Positions 17,175 to 31,722 of a stretch of 64,000 bases of DNA are shown here, piece by piece. How positions within the stretch are numbered: the first letter of the stretch is position 1; every line of letters starts with the position of its first letter. The stretch covers positions 2,400,001-2,464,000 of the forward strand of contig CBDCWG010000012.1 of the NCBI GenBank assembly GCA_965223345.1, written 5' to 3'. The position numbers and the translations under genes are program-made. Below the pieces are notes generated by a model that saw only the letters and a program-made list of their open reading frames with translations, made no database searches and was not told where the DNA came from. The DNA is from Nitrospinales bacterium (GTDB lineage Bacteria; Nitrospinota; Nitrospinia; Nitrospinales; VA-1).

Positions 17175-18875
17175 TTAAAAACGAAGCGCTGCCTTTTGAG
17201 CCAGTCGCAATATGCCATTGCTCAGTCGAGCATAAACCTGGTCCACATAGAGCCGGTTGATCAGAAGAATGTATAGATGTTTTCGGATCGAAACGACCCA
17301 ATCCGAAATAAATAATCTTTGCCCCTTGGCATTGGTGTAGAGAGTGAACCAGCCAAATAGAATGAGCACCGTGGCTATGATTATGACCAAATCAAAGGCC
17401 AGCGGATGGAACGCCGCAGCCGCAAAGTAACTGTTCGCTACGCCAGGCTCAGGGTAAAGGAAATGCGTGAATTCCTCTCCGGCCCATAGATAGATAAATA
17501 CGATGAAAAACAGAGCCCCGATCATCGTGCACGCGACTTTCCAGGAAGCCACAGCCTGAAGACGATATAAACTGAACATGACCTGGGAAGCGGTGACCCA
17601 ACTGAAAAACAGGAATATGATCGCCCCGTGCGATTCTTGCAGAGGTATGTCCAGCATGCCGTGGGCGGCCATGAGAATAAAAAGCGGCATCATCAACGTG
17701 ATCACCAAGCCCGTAAGCCAGGTTAATTGGGAGGCAGATTTCTTTTCCCCGATTTCATATTTCGAAGAATGTGGAAATTTGGGTTCTTCCCGCGATGCAT
17801 GAATGCCTGTCCCCGCTCCCAAAAATAAACTCGCTTTAAAAAGGCCGTGGGCGATTAAATGAAAGATGGCCAGCGCAAAGGCTCCCAGCCCGCATTCCAT
17901 AATCATGTATCCCATTTGACCCATAGTGGAAAAGCCGAGAGTTTTCTTGATGTCGTTTTGAACCAGCATCATGGAGGCTCCAAACAGAACCGTCAAGAAG
18001 CCTATCAAAAATACAATATGAAGCGTCGGCGACGAGAGGGCGTAAAATGGAGCCAACCGATTCAACAAAAAGCCACCGGCATTGATAATTCCTGCGTGCA
18101 TCAAAGCTGAAACGGGGGTGGGCGAATCCATGGTGTCTGGCAACCAGACATGTAAAGGAAACTGGGATGATTTGGCCATCGCGCCAATAAAGATGAGAAG
18201 TCCAATCAGGGAAATGGCGCTGACTTCCAATGAGCTTCCCGGCAGTAAAGAAACCATGTGAGAGTTTTCTGCCGCCGCTTTAAAGAGTTCGGTGAATTCT
18301 AAAGTTCCAAAAAATTTATAGGCAAGAAATAAACCGCAGAGAAAACTCACGTCCCCGACACGATGGACAAAAAAAGTTTTAAATGCATTGCGGCAAGCGT
18401 CGGGGTGGGAATAATTAAAATTAAGAATGAGGTAGAGTGCCAAACTTAATAGCTGCCAGAACATAAACAGCATAAACAGGTTTGGGCTGGAAACGAGCGA
18501 AAGGATGACAAAGGTCATGAAGCTCAAAAGCGCAAAAAATCGAGCATACCCTGGATCGCCTTCTAAATACCGGACCGAATAGAAATGAATGACGACGCTG
18601 ACACTCGTGATCAACATCATCATAATGGCCGTGAGCCGATCGATCAGCATGCCGATCTTTAATATGGCGGAGCCTTCAGAGTTTAACGTCCAGAATACGA
18701 ATTGGACCGTTCCTTCGGTGCTGACATGATAGAGGGTCCAGGCGGAAAGGACGGCGGAAATCGAAATTGCAATGACTCCCACCTTGGCCACATGAGCCAA
18801 CATGCGGTTGCCAAAGACCCAAATGAAAATCGCGGCTAGAAGAGGGAAGAGAAGAATAAGAATAGGGATGGCCAT
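17175..18875 (-). CDS. dabB: DabB / NuoL-like membrane subunit of inorganic carbon pump
   Basis: KSSQFPLHVWLPD, PTPVSALMHAG, HLIAHGLFKA; ends soon after NRLYVD; operon with dabA. Confidence 0.85.
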   Translation of the reverse strand: MAIPILILLFPLLAAIFIWVFGNRMLAHVAKVGVIAISISAVLSAWTLYHVSTEGTVQFVFWTLNSEGSAILKIGMLIDRLTAIMMMLITSVSVVIHFYSVRYLEGDPGYARFFALLSFMTFVILSLVSSPNLFMLFMFWQLLSLALYLILNFNYSHPDACRNAFKTFFVHRVGDVSFLCGLFLAYKFFGTLEFTELFKAAAENSHMVSLLPGSSLEVSAISLIGLLIFIGAMAKSSQFPLHVWLPDTMDSPTPVSALMHAGIINAGGFLLNRLAPFYALSSPTLHIVFLIGFLTVLFGASMMLVQNDIKKTLGFSTMGQMGYMIMECGLGAFALAIFHLIAHGLFKASLFLGAGTGIHASREEPKFPHSSKYEIGEKKSASQLTWLTGLVITLMMPLFILMAAHGMLDIPLQESHGAIIFLFFSWVTASQVMFSLYRLQAVASWKVACTMIGALFFIVFIYLWAGEEFTHFLYPEPGVANSYFAAAAFHPLAFDLVIIIATVLILFGWFTLYTNAKGQRLFISDWVVSIRKHLYILLINRLYVDQVYARLSNGILRLAQKAALRF

Positions 18876-19400
18876 GACCTATATTTTGTCGATACCCGTT
18901 TTATGGTTTGAGTTCTCCCAAAAACCTTTTAAGTTCATTCGTACCCATTCCAAACTTAAATTTTTATGATTCGATTTTTAAGATTTCCAGTGAAAATCGA
19001 ATTGATAAGTCAGGCATAAAATTTTTGCCCTAGTTAAAGATGATTCTTAGAAAATAACGATTTAAAAAATTTAGGCTTAGAATATTGAACTCAAATTGAC
19101 GGAAATAGGCAAGTTCGGCCTGGGTGGGCCGTTTTGGTAATGTGATATTTTTTGTAACGAGGTTCGGAATGAGCAATGACAGGGGGGACACAGAAAAGAA
19201 GGCTAGGGTCTGAATTGCCCCCAGTGCTGCACCAAGCGAAAAAGGAGCCACCGGAAATCGGTAACTCCTTGAATTGTTGGCACGTCTGAATGAGTTCGAA
19301 CAATCGACCCAAGGACCGGAAGTCTGAAAAGATGAGGTTGGGATACGGAGTGGTGGGCGCTCATCGAAAGCGCTATACGGTATGCTATTTATTGAGGAAT

Positions 19401-19429
19401 AAGGGGTTGCCGTGATTCGGCAACCCCTT
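19401..19429 (-). terminator. Hairpin terminator after tRNA-Pro
   Basis: AAGGGGTTGCCG-TGATT-CGGCAACCCCTT perfect 12-bp stem. Confidence 0.8.
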
Positions 19430-19437
19430 GAAATTGC

Positions 19438-19514
<77 letters not shown>

Positions 19515-19521
19515 AATTGGT

Positions 19522-20658
19522 TTATCCGTTTTTCTTGTAAAAAAAGTTCTTCAAATATTTCCAGATGATGATCGAGCCCAGGCTGTTGCCGATCGATTTC
19601 AGTTTGGTGCTCCCGCCCAGGCATTTCTGGCAATAGGGGTGCACGACTTTCAGTTTCATGAAGCCCTCGATCGCGTCGATGATGGGCTTGGAGTTCAGGA
19701 TCTCGACGATGGGCGTCTCGAACACGTTGCCGGCCTTGGTGTTGCCGTTGTAGTCCTTGCAGCAGTAGGTCATGTCGCCGTTGCACAGGATGGCGAAATG
19801 ATCGGTCAGCGCACTGCAGTAGCCGACTTTGGTGGTGACGACGTTGTCGTCCACGAACGCGTTGCCCCAGGTGTCGAGGATGTAGGTTTCAAAAAAGATC
19901 TGCGGCGCCACCTTGACGACGTTCCACTTGAAGGTGGAGAGCTTTGCGATGCGCTGCTTGCTCTCGGCGATTTCCTCGGGCGTCAGTCCGGGCGTGATCT
20001 TCTGGATCTCGTTTGCCCAGTAGCCGAAGGTTTCGCGCAGCTCGGCGGTGCTGTTGATGACGTTCATGGTGCCGAGGGACCAGTCTTCGCCGGGCACTTC
20101 GGATTTGAACTTGGTGTTGAGGAAGTGCACCTTGATCTTCGGCGGCGTCTTGTGCCGCATGCAGGCGGCGATGAATTCCAGGATCTTGTTCTTGTAATCG
20201 TCGAACGCCATGCGCCGCGCCTTGCGCGTCTTGTAGGACTCCTCGTCCGGCGTCTGCAGCGAGATGTTGAGCTGCGACACGGTGACCTTCTCCAGCCGCG
20301 CCGCGATCTCGCTGTTCAGATACGTGCCGTTGGTCGTGATGCCCGTTTTGACTCCCAGCCTGGCGGCGTGATCCAGGATGTCGAAAAATTTGGGATGCAT
20401 GAACGGCTCGCCCATCACGTGGAAGGTGATCTTCTCGGCCAGGTTGTATTCGGCGATCTGGTCGATGATGCCGCAGACGCGCTCGTAATCCATGTACTCG
20501 TACTTGCGCGTCATCTCCTGCTTGGGGCAGAAGGTGCAGTCGAAATTACAGACGTTGGTCAACTCTATATGGATGCGCTGCAGCGGAAACGACACCAGTT
20601 CGCCGATGCGGCCGGGAACGGGCTTGCTTTTGAATGCGGGCTTGACGGTTGTGAGCAT
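19522..20658 (-). CDS. Radical SAM / SPASM-twitch domain protein
   Basis: CNFDCTFC, GEP, TNG; C-terminal C...CC.D...GN...C.KC. Confidence 0.9.
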   Translation of the reverse strand: MLTTVKPAFKSKPVPGRIGELVSFPLQRIHIELTNVCNFDCTFCPKQEMTRKYEYMDYERVCGIIDQIAEYNLAEKITFHVMGEPFMHPKFFDILDHAARLGVKTGITTNGTYLNSEIAARLEKVTVSQLNISLQTPDEESYKTRKARRMAFDDYKNKILEFIAACMRHKTPPKIKVHFLNTKFKSEVPGEDWSLGTMNVINSTAELRETFGYWANEIQKITPGLTPEEIAESKQRIAKLSTFKWNVVKVAPQIFFETYILDTWGNAFVDDNVVTTKVGYCSALTDHFAILCNGDMTYCCKDYNGNTKAGNVFETPIVEILNSKPIIDAIEGFMKLKVVHPYCQKCLGGSTKLKSIGNSLGSIIIWKYLKNFFYKKNG

Positions 20659-20677
20659 TGGGTCTCAGCAGTGAGGG

Positions 20678-20860
20678 TTATTTGTCCCAGACGTAACGGT
20701 TCACGCTTTCACTCCAGTACGACGTGTTGGTGATGTGGCGCGTGACGTCCTTGGATTTGCATTTCGGGCAGGTGATCTTCTTTTTATCCACTTCCGACAT
20801 CTTCATTTCGATGACGAATTTCTCGTTGCATTTGTTGCAGCTATGGTCGTAATGCGGCAT
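20678..20860 (-). CDS. FmdB-family zinc ribbon protein
   Basis: MP.Y...CNKC...F, CPKC; GGGAG SD. Confidence 0.85.
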   Translation of the reverse strand: MPHYDHSCNKCNEKFVIEMKMSEVDKKKITCPKCKSKDVTRHITNTSYWSESVNRYVWDK

Positions 20861-20898
20861 GGTCCTTGCTCCCTAAACGTCTAAGAATACAATAGTTT

Positions 20899-21636
20899 TT
20901 ATTTCATTGCAACGAAGCCGGCAAAGTTGTTCCACTTGAAGAACAGCTCCACGGCGGCGAATCCCGCTTCTTTCAATAAATTGATGTTGTCCCCGACGCT
21001 GAGCGGGATGAGCACTTTTTCCAGCGCCTCGCGCTTGCGGGCGATTTCCAGGTCCGAATAGCCCCGGTCTTTCTTGAACGCGTGGTGCATCTCGGTGTGG
21101 ATGCGGTCGAAGGTTTCATCGGGGCTTTTCACCTTTTCGATCAGGATCAGCAGCCCGCCGGGGTTCAGGCCCGCATGGATCCTGCGCAGGGTTTCGCTGC
21201 GGCGCTCCGGTGCGATGAACTGCAGCGTGTAGTTCAGGATCGCAACGCAGGCGTCCTGAAGCGCGAAATCCCCGTTGAGATCGGTCTCGACCCATTTGAC
21301 CGGGTGCAGCGAGGCCGCCAGTTTGCCGCGGGCTTTCTTCAGCATGGGGGCCGAATTGTCCACCCCCACCAGCCGCACGCCCGCATCGGCGGGCAGCTTT
21401 TCGGAAAGCCGGGAAAGCAGCGTGCCGGTGGAGCAGCCCAGATCGTAGATCTGGGCGCCCCTTTTCACGAAACGCAGACACCAGTCGATGGCCGCCGTCT
21501 GGCACTCGGTGTACAGGGGCACGCTGCGCTCCAGCATGTCCTCGAACACCCGCGCCACCGGCTCGTTGAACTCGAACGGCTCCGGGGCGGCATCGCCCAC
21601 GTACAGCCGGTCTTTCTGGCGGCCCTCGCTCGTCAT
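20899..21636 (-). CDS. cmoA: Carboxy-S-adenosyl-L-methionine synthase
   Basis: F.F...VA.VF.DML.RSVP.Y, DLGCSTG, NYTLQF, GYS.LEI..KR.ALE. Confidence 0.9.
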   Translation of the reverse strand: MTSEGRQKDRLYVGDAAPEPFEFNEPVARVFEDMLERSVPLYTECQTAAIDWCLRFVKRGAQIYDLGCSTGTLLSRLSEKLPADAGVRLVGVDNSAPMLKKARGKLAASLHPVKWVETDLNGDFALQDACVAILNYTLQFIAPERRSETLRRIHAGLNPGGLLILIEKVKSPDETFDRIHTEMHHAFKKDRGYSDLEIARKREALEKVLIPLSVGDNINLLKEAGFAAVELFFKWNNFAGFVAMK

Positions 21637-23192
21637 GGCCCGGGCACCTCGCCGCCGGACACCGGGCCCGACTTGGACTTGATCAGCAGCTTGTTGATCG
21701 CGTTCACATAGGCGAAGCCGCTGGCCTCGACGGTGTTGACGCCCGCGCCTTTACCCAGCACTTCCCGGCCCTCGTGGCTCACGCGCACGGTGACCTCGCC
21801 CTGGGCATCCTTGCCGCGGGTTTTCGACATCACCTGGTAGTCGAGCAGCTTGCAGGACAGGCCGGTTATCTTGTCGATGGCGTTGTAGAGCGCATCCACC
21901 GGCCCGTCGCCCTGGGCGGTGGCGGTGTGCTTCTTGCCGTCGCGGCTGATCAATTCGACGGAGCCCTCGGGCACCACCCCGGTTTCAAACCCGCTGGTGA
22001 TCTTTTCCAGCCGGTAGGTGTTGAGCTTTTCCTCGGTCCAACGCTGTTTCTGGATCAGGGTCAGGATGTCGTCCTCGAAGATGTCCTTCTTCTCATCCGC
22101 GAGGATCTTGAACTCCTTGAACACCGCGTCCAGCTCTTCCTTTGTCAGCTCGTAACCCAGGTTTTTCAGGGTGTGGTCCAGGGCGTTGCGCCCGCTGTGC
22201 TTGCCCATCACCAGCTCCGAGTCTTCGACGCCCACGTCTTTCGGGTCCATGATCTCAAAGGTGTCCTTCTTTTTGAGGAAGCCGTGCTGGTGGATTCCCG
22301 ATTCGTGCGCGAAGGCGTTCTTGCCGACGATCGCCTTGTTGCGCTGCACGAAAAATCCCGTGAGGCTGCTCACCAGCTTGCTGCAAGCCTGGATGTGGCG
22401 GGTTTCGATGCCGGACTCGACGCCGAAAAAGTCCCGCCGGGTGCGCAGCGCCATCACGATCTCCTCCATGGCGGCGTTGCCGGCGCGTTCGCCGATGCCG
22501 TTGACGGTGCACTCCACCTGGCGCGCGCCCGCCTGCACCGCGGCCAGCGAATTGGCCACCGCCAGCCCGAGGTCGTTGTGGCAGTGCACGCTGATGACGG
22601 CGCGGTCGATGCCCGGGACGTTTTCCCGGATGTGGCCGATCAGGCTGGAGAACTCACCCGGCACCGTGTAGCCCACCGTGTCGGGAATGTTGACCGTCGT
22701 GGCCCCCGCGTCGATCACCGCCTGCAGGACCTCGCACAGGAAATCCCGCTCGGTGCGGGACGCGTCCATCGGCGAGAACTCGATGTCGTCGCAGTGCTTC
22801 TTGCCGAAACGCACCGATTTCACGGCCATGTCGATGATCTCCTCCTTGGCCTTCTGCACCATGTGGACCCGGTGCGTCTTGGAGGTGGAGAGAAAAATAT
22901 GGATGCGCGGCGCTTCGGCGTTTTCCAGCGCGCGCGCCGTGGCTTCGATGTCTTTTTCCAAAGCCCGCGCCAGTCCCGCGATGCTGGAGCCCTTGATCTC
23001 CTGCGCGATCTGCTTGACCGATTCGAAATCCCCGGGAGAAGCCGCCGGAAAGCCCGCTTCGATCACGTCCACCTTTAGCAGGGACAGTTGCCGGGCGATC
23101 TCAAGCTTCTCCTTGATATTCAGGCTCGCGCCGGGACATTGTTCCCCGTCTCGTAAGGTGGTGTCGAAGATGATGAGCTTTTCCGATTTCAT
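21633..23192 (-). CDS. leuA: 2-isopropylmalate synthase
   Basis: [30 protein letters not shown]-terminal regulatory domain. Confidence 0.92.
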   Translation of the reverse strand: MKSEKLIIFDTTLRDGEQCPGASLNIKEKLEIARQLSLLKVDVIEAGFPAASPGDFESVKQIAQEIKGSSIAGLARALEKDIEATARALENAEAPRIHIFLSTSKTHRVHMVQKAKEEIIDMAVKSVRFGKKHCDDIEFSPMDASRTERDFLCEVLQAVIDAGATTVNIPDTVGYTVPGEFSSLIGHIRENVPGIDRAVISVHCHNDLGLAVANSLAAVQAGARQVECTVNGIGERAGNAAMEEIVMALRTRRDFFGVESGIETRHIQACSKLVSSLTGFFVQRNKAIVGKNAFAHESGIHQHGFLKKKDTFEIMDPKDVGVEDSELVMGKHSGRNALDHTLKNLGYELTKEELDAVFKEFKILADEKKDIFEDDILTLIQKQRWTEEKLNTYRLEKITSGFETGVVPEGSVELISRDGKKHTATAQGDGPVDALYNAIDKITGLSCKLLDYQVMSKTRGKDAQGEVTVRVSHEGREVLGKGAGVNTVEASGFAYVNAINKLLIKSKSGPVSGGEVPGP

Positions 23193-23357
23193 GGCTTGGG
23201 TACTCCTTTCTCTGTTGTCAATGGCACGCTTGCGTGCCTGGGGTGGGTGGATACGGGAATTTCATGGATCGGCTCCTTTGTTGTTGTCATGCAATGCAAA
23301 TAAATGGAACGATTTATTATAAACCGAAAGGCCGGGGCTGGGAAACTGTGGGTGGAA

Positions 23358-23999
23358 TCAGTGGATCGCCGATTCGACCCGGTATCCCGCCTTTTCGATG
23401 GCCTCGACCAGGGGGGCGGTGTCGCATAGATCCAGGCGGAATAGGTATAGCTGGTGGTCCTTCTTGGTGGGGTGGGGAGACATGCCGACGCTGATGATGT
23501 TGATGTCGTGGTTCTGGATGATCTCCGACACCGCGTCGATGTTGTCCGGGTGGTTTTCCATCTCCACATCGATGCGGGAGCTGGAATGGATGAGGCCCAT
23601 CATGTCCACGAACAAGCCGAGGATGTCCATGATGGAGAGGATGCCCACGACGCGCTCCCCGCGCACCACCGGAACGGCGCCGATCTTGTTCGTGTAGATC
23701 ATGAGGGCGGCGTCTTCGATGTTGGTCTCGGGCGATACGGTCAAGGGTGTTTCCGTCATGTAGCTGCTGATTGGCATGTTGTGCGGTTCGAGCGGCGTCG
23801 CCTGTCCCGGCTCGTCCGGGTTGGGATCGATGAACGCTCCGCGGATGTCGCTTTCGGTGATGATGCCCAAAAGGGTCCCGTCCTCCACCACCGGAAGGTG
23901 GCGTATGGAGTGGTTCACCATCAACCGCTGCGCTTCATGCAGCGACTGGTCCCTGCCGATCGTGATGAGGTCCTTCACCATCACTTCTTCGACGATCAT
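23358..23999 (-). CDS. CBS + ACT domain protein (AcuB-like)
   Basis: Two CBS repeats then an ACT-like domain; start reassigned to ATG 23999 after GGAG. Confidence 0.85.
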   Translation of the reverse strand: MIVEEVMVKDLITIGRDQSLHEAQRLMVNHSIRHLPVVEDGTLLGIITESDIRGAFIDPNPDEPGQATPLEPHNMPISSYMTETPLTVSPETNIEDAALMIYTNKIGAVPVVRGERVVGILSIMDILGLFVDMMGLIHSSSRIDVEMENHPDNIDAVSEIIQNHDINIISVGMSPHPTKKDHQLYLFRLDLCDTAPLVEAIEKAGYRVESAIH

Positions 24000-24340
24000 C
24001 AGCGGTCTCCGTAAATGAGAGGGGAAACGGCGCGAAAGCGCGCTTCCCCTTTTTAACAGATTTTGCAGAGAGATGACAGGGGTTTGCGGATAATCTTTGC
24101 GCAAGCGCTCACTTTTCAGCGGCCCATGCCCAAGGGGGCCCAAATTTTCGCTGCAAGACCGGAGGGGCGAACGGCCTAAAAACCATTGCTTTTTGGGGCG
24201 GGGATGGGCTAGAGTGGTTGCCACCGGAGAGACATAGGATATTTTTTGTATGATTTTTTGTGTAGGTAAAGTACTCTGTTTTGGGGTTCCGTATCCACCT
24301 GCAAAATGAATTTGCAATTATTTCGAAGGTTTACAGCCCG

Positions 24341-24356
24341 AGGCACATTAATTGCT
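24341..24356 (+). promoter_or_regulatory. Putative sigma-54 promoter of gltBD
   Basis: AGGCACATTAATTGCT closely matches TGGCAC-N5-TTGC. Confidence 0.6.
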
Positions 24357-24465
24357 GCTGGGTTGTCTCTAATGGACGTTCAAACGCAGCATCCCACCCG
24401 GTGAGTCGTGAGGCGCCGCCTCCCTTTCGGGAACCCGACATAAACCAGCAATCGATTTTTTATCT

Positions 24466-29004
<4,539 letters not shown>

Positions 29005-29053
29005 AGCGATTCGGCCGGGTTTTAAAGAAAAACAAGCGAAGGATTTTTGATAG

Positions 29054-30520
29054 ATGGGTGCGACCAAAGGATTCATGGAGTTCGAACGGGAAACGCCGCC
29101 GGAACGGCCGGTCGCGGACCGTTTGAAGGATCAGAAAGAAGTCTACGAGGAATTTCCCGACAGCAAGTTCAGGGAGCAGGGCGCGCGCTGCATGGACTGC
29201 GGCGTTCCCTTCTGCCAGAGCAACACGGGCTGTCCGCTGGGGAACCTGATTCCCGACTGGAACGACATGGTCTACCGCGATCAATGGGAAGACGCGGTGG
29301 CCCTGCTGCTCAAGACCAACAACTTCCCCGAATTCACCGGCCGGGTCTGCCCCGCACCCTGCGAGGGCGCGTGTGTGCTCGGCATCACGGAACCGCCGGT
29401 CACCATCTGCAAAATCGAACAGGCCATCTCCGACAAGGGATTCGAAAAAGGCTACATCCGGCCGAATCCGCCGCAAAAGCGCACCGGCAAGCGCGTCGCC
29501 GTGGTGGGCTCGGGGCCGGCGGGGCTCGCCTGTGCGGCGCAGCTCAACCAGGTGGGCCATGAGGTCACGGTGTTCGAGAAGGACGACCGCATCGGCGGCC
29601 TGTTGATGTACGGCATCCCGCATTTCAAGCTGGAAAAGAGCGTTGTCCACCGGCGCATCGATCTGATGAAAGAAGAGGGCATCCTTTTCAAGACCGGCGT
29701 CAACGTGGGTGTGGACGTCAAGGTCAAGGCGCTGCGCAAGGAATTCGACGCGGTGGTGCTGTGCGGCGGCGCGCAGAAACCGCGCGATTTGCCGGTGGAG
29801 GGGCGCGATCTGGACGGCATTCATTTCGCGATGGATTTTCTGCCGCAACAGAACAAGCGCAACGAAGGCGACACCATTCCCGAAGAGATCGCCATCACCG
29901 CGAAGGACAAAAACGTGCTGATCATCGGCGGCGGCGACACGGGCTCCGACTGCCTCGGCACCTCGCTTCGGCAGGGCGCGAAATCGGTGCACCAGTTCGA
30001 GCTATTGCCGCAGCCTCCCGAGGAACGCGCCGCGGGCAATCCCTGGCCGTTGTGGCCGCAGATCTTCCGGGTCTCTTCCTCGCATGCGGAGGCGGAGCAG
30101 GAGGTGCGGGAATTCTGCGTCTCGACGAAAAAGTTCACCGGCGAAGGCGGCAAGGTGAAAAAAGTGCATGCGGTGAAGATCGAATTCGAACACGATCCCG
30201 AGAACGGCCGCCCCCGCATCGTGGAGGTGCCCGGCAGCGAGTTCGAGCTGGATGTCGAGCTCGTGCTGTTGGCGATGGGATTCGTGCACCCCATCCACGA
30301 AGGGATGATTCAGGATCTCAAGGTGAAGCTCGACGAACGCGGCAACGTGGCCTGCGATGCGAACAAGATGACCAGCGTCAAGGGCGTGTTCACCGCCGGT
30401 GACATGACGCGCGGCCAGTCGCTCGTGGTCTGGGCCATCGCCGAAGGGCGCGAAGCGGCGCGCGGCGTGGATCAGTTCCTCATGGGTCACACCGATCTGC
30501 CGCACAGCGAGTTTTTGTAG
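29054..30520 (+). CDS. gltD: Glutamate synthase small subunit
   Basis: RCMDCGVPFC, GSGPAG, GGGDTGSDC, GQSLVVWAI. Confidence 0.97.
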   Translation: MGATKGFMEFERETPPERPVADRLKDQKEVYEEFPDSKFREQGARCMDCGVPFCQSNTGCPLGNLIPDWNDMVYRDQWEDAVALLLKTNNFPEFTGRVCPAPCEGACVLGITEPPVTICKIEQAISDKGFEKGYIRPNPPQKRTGKRVAVVGSGPAGLACAAQLNQVGHEVTVFEKDDRIGGLLMYGIPHFKLEKSVVHRRIDLMKEEGILFKTGVNVGVDVKVKALRKEFDAVVLCGGAQKPRDLPVEGRDLDGIHFAMDFLPQQNKRNEGDTIPEEIAITAKDKNVLIIGGGDTGSDCLGTSLRQGAKSVHQFELLPQPPEERAAGNPWPLWPQIFRVSSSHAEAEQEVREFCVSTKKFTGEGGKVKKVHAVKIEFEHDPENGRPRIVEVPGSEFELDVELVLLAMGFVHPIHEGMIQDLKVKLDERGNVACDANKMTSVKGVFTAGDMTRGQSLVVWAIAEGREAARGVDQFLMGHTDLPHSEFL

Positions 30521-30576
30521 CCTTTTCTTTTTAAATTCACCTACCGGTCGGGCGCCCGCTTTTGAAAAGCCCGTTG

Positions 30577-31272
30577 CTATTTCCCCTGTGATTTGGACGC
30601 CTCGAACAGGTGCATGCCGATCAGGCGCGCGACCAGAATGGCGAGATAAAACTGTCCGGCGATCGCTTCCAGGGAAGAGATCAACTGGGCGGGTGGCGTC
30701 GTGGGGGCGATGTCGCCGTAGCCCAGGGTGGTGAGGGTGGTGTAGCTGTAGTAGAGAAAATGCAGGAACAGCCATTCGCCCTGCTGCCCGGCCTGCGCAA
30801 ACCCCGCTGCGTTGCCGGTGAACGAGTTGGGGGAGATGTTCTCCAATAGAGAATAGATGAACGCCCATTCCAGGCCGATCAGCATGTAAATGCAGATCGA
30901 ACCGAAGATCAGGTTGGCGTTGACCTTGCGTGCACGCAGGATGCCGAAGAACAGCACGACCAGGATGTATCCGAAGAACAGGATGGCGAAGATGTTCTCG
31001 ATGCCCGGTAAAAAATCCCAGAGCTCGGGAGAAAACGTGGTGCCCCAGTTCACCAGGAACGTCGGCACCGCGAGGATGATGGCGATGCTCAGGGATTTGC
31101 GGGTTTTTTTGAGAAACGGGACGATCGAAAACAGCAGCACCGCTGTGAAAAACAGGTTGAGGATGACGCGGGCGTAGGGCAGATCGTGGAAAAACGGCAC
31201 GATGACCAGTAGGGAAACCATGCACAAGAGCAGTCCGAGGAATCCGTGTTTGGGCCATTCGAAATGCGCCAT
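30577..31272 (-). CDS. Potassium channel family protein (Ion_trans_2)
   Basis: YYS..TLTTLGYGDI.P selectivity filter. Confidence 0.85.
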   Translation of the reverse strand: MAHFEWPKHGFLGLLLCMVSLLVIVPFFHDLPYARVILNLFFTAVLLFSIVPFLKKTRKSLSIAIILAVPTFLVNWGTTFSPELWDFLPGIENIFAILFFGYILVVLFFGILRARKVNANLIFGSICIYMLIGLEWAFIYSLLENISPNSFTGNAAGFAQAGQQGEWLFLHFLYYSYTTLTTLGYGDIAPTTPPAQLISSLEAIAGQFYLAILVARLIGMHLFEASKSQGK

Positions 31273-31722
31273 GATTCCATCCCTATTTCAAAAAGCAGTT
31301 TTCAGTCGCTTTGTCACTCTTTAGGCTCATCGGGCGTCTCTTTGGGCGCGGTCATTTTGGCTGCTGCAAACGCCACCTTCCCCTGTTTTCCGGTATTTTC
31401 CCCTATTTTCTGAGATTTTTGGCTACAATTTCAGCGGATCGTTTTGACTTTCATTCTATTGGCAGGGGAAATGGTGTAAACTGTTGCCTTTTCGGGTCAA
31501 GACCGGATTTGCGCTTTCTTTTTTTCAAGCAGAAAGGACACGCATTCCAGGTTTGAGTTTCACTTTTTAACATAAGCTGTGGGTGTTTGACTCGTTCGGT
31601 TTGTGAGATCCGCCGCAGCACAAGCCAGCCGCGTTATTGACCATTTCGTTGGAGATGGGATGAAGCGGTTGTTTTTTTGTTTCTAAAACAAGAACAAATC
31701 ATTCTATACGAGTGCAATTTCG

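Noticed and set aside
19351..19362. TGGTGGGCGC resembling a tRNA-Val 3' end
   Set aside because: Only about 10 nt, with no T-arm or adjacent hairpin; compatible with chance
11990..19437. Active mobile element or prophage
   Set aside because: No integrase, transposase or phage genes, and the att-like copies are about 20% diverged; reported only as a fossil island
24374..24445. Glutamine riboswitch in the gltB leader (CGTTCA...CGCAG)
   Set aside because: No closing GGAACG strand for P1; only an Rfam scan could rescue it
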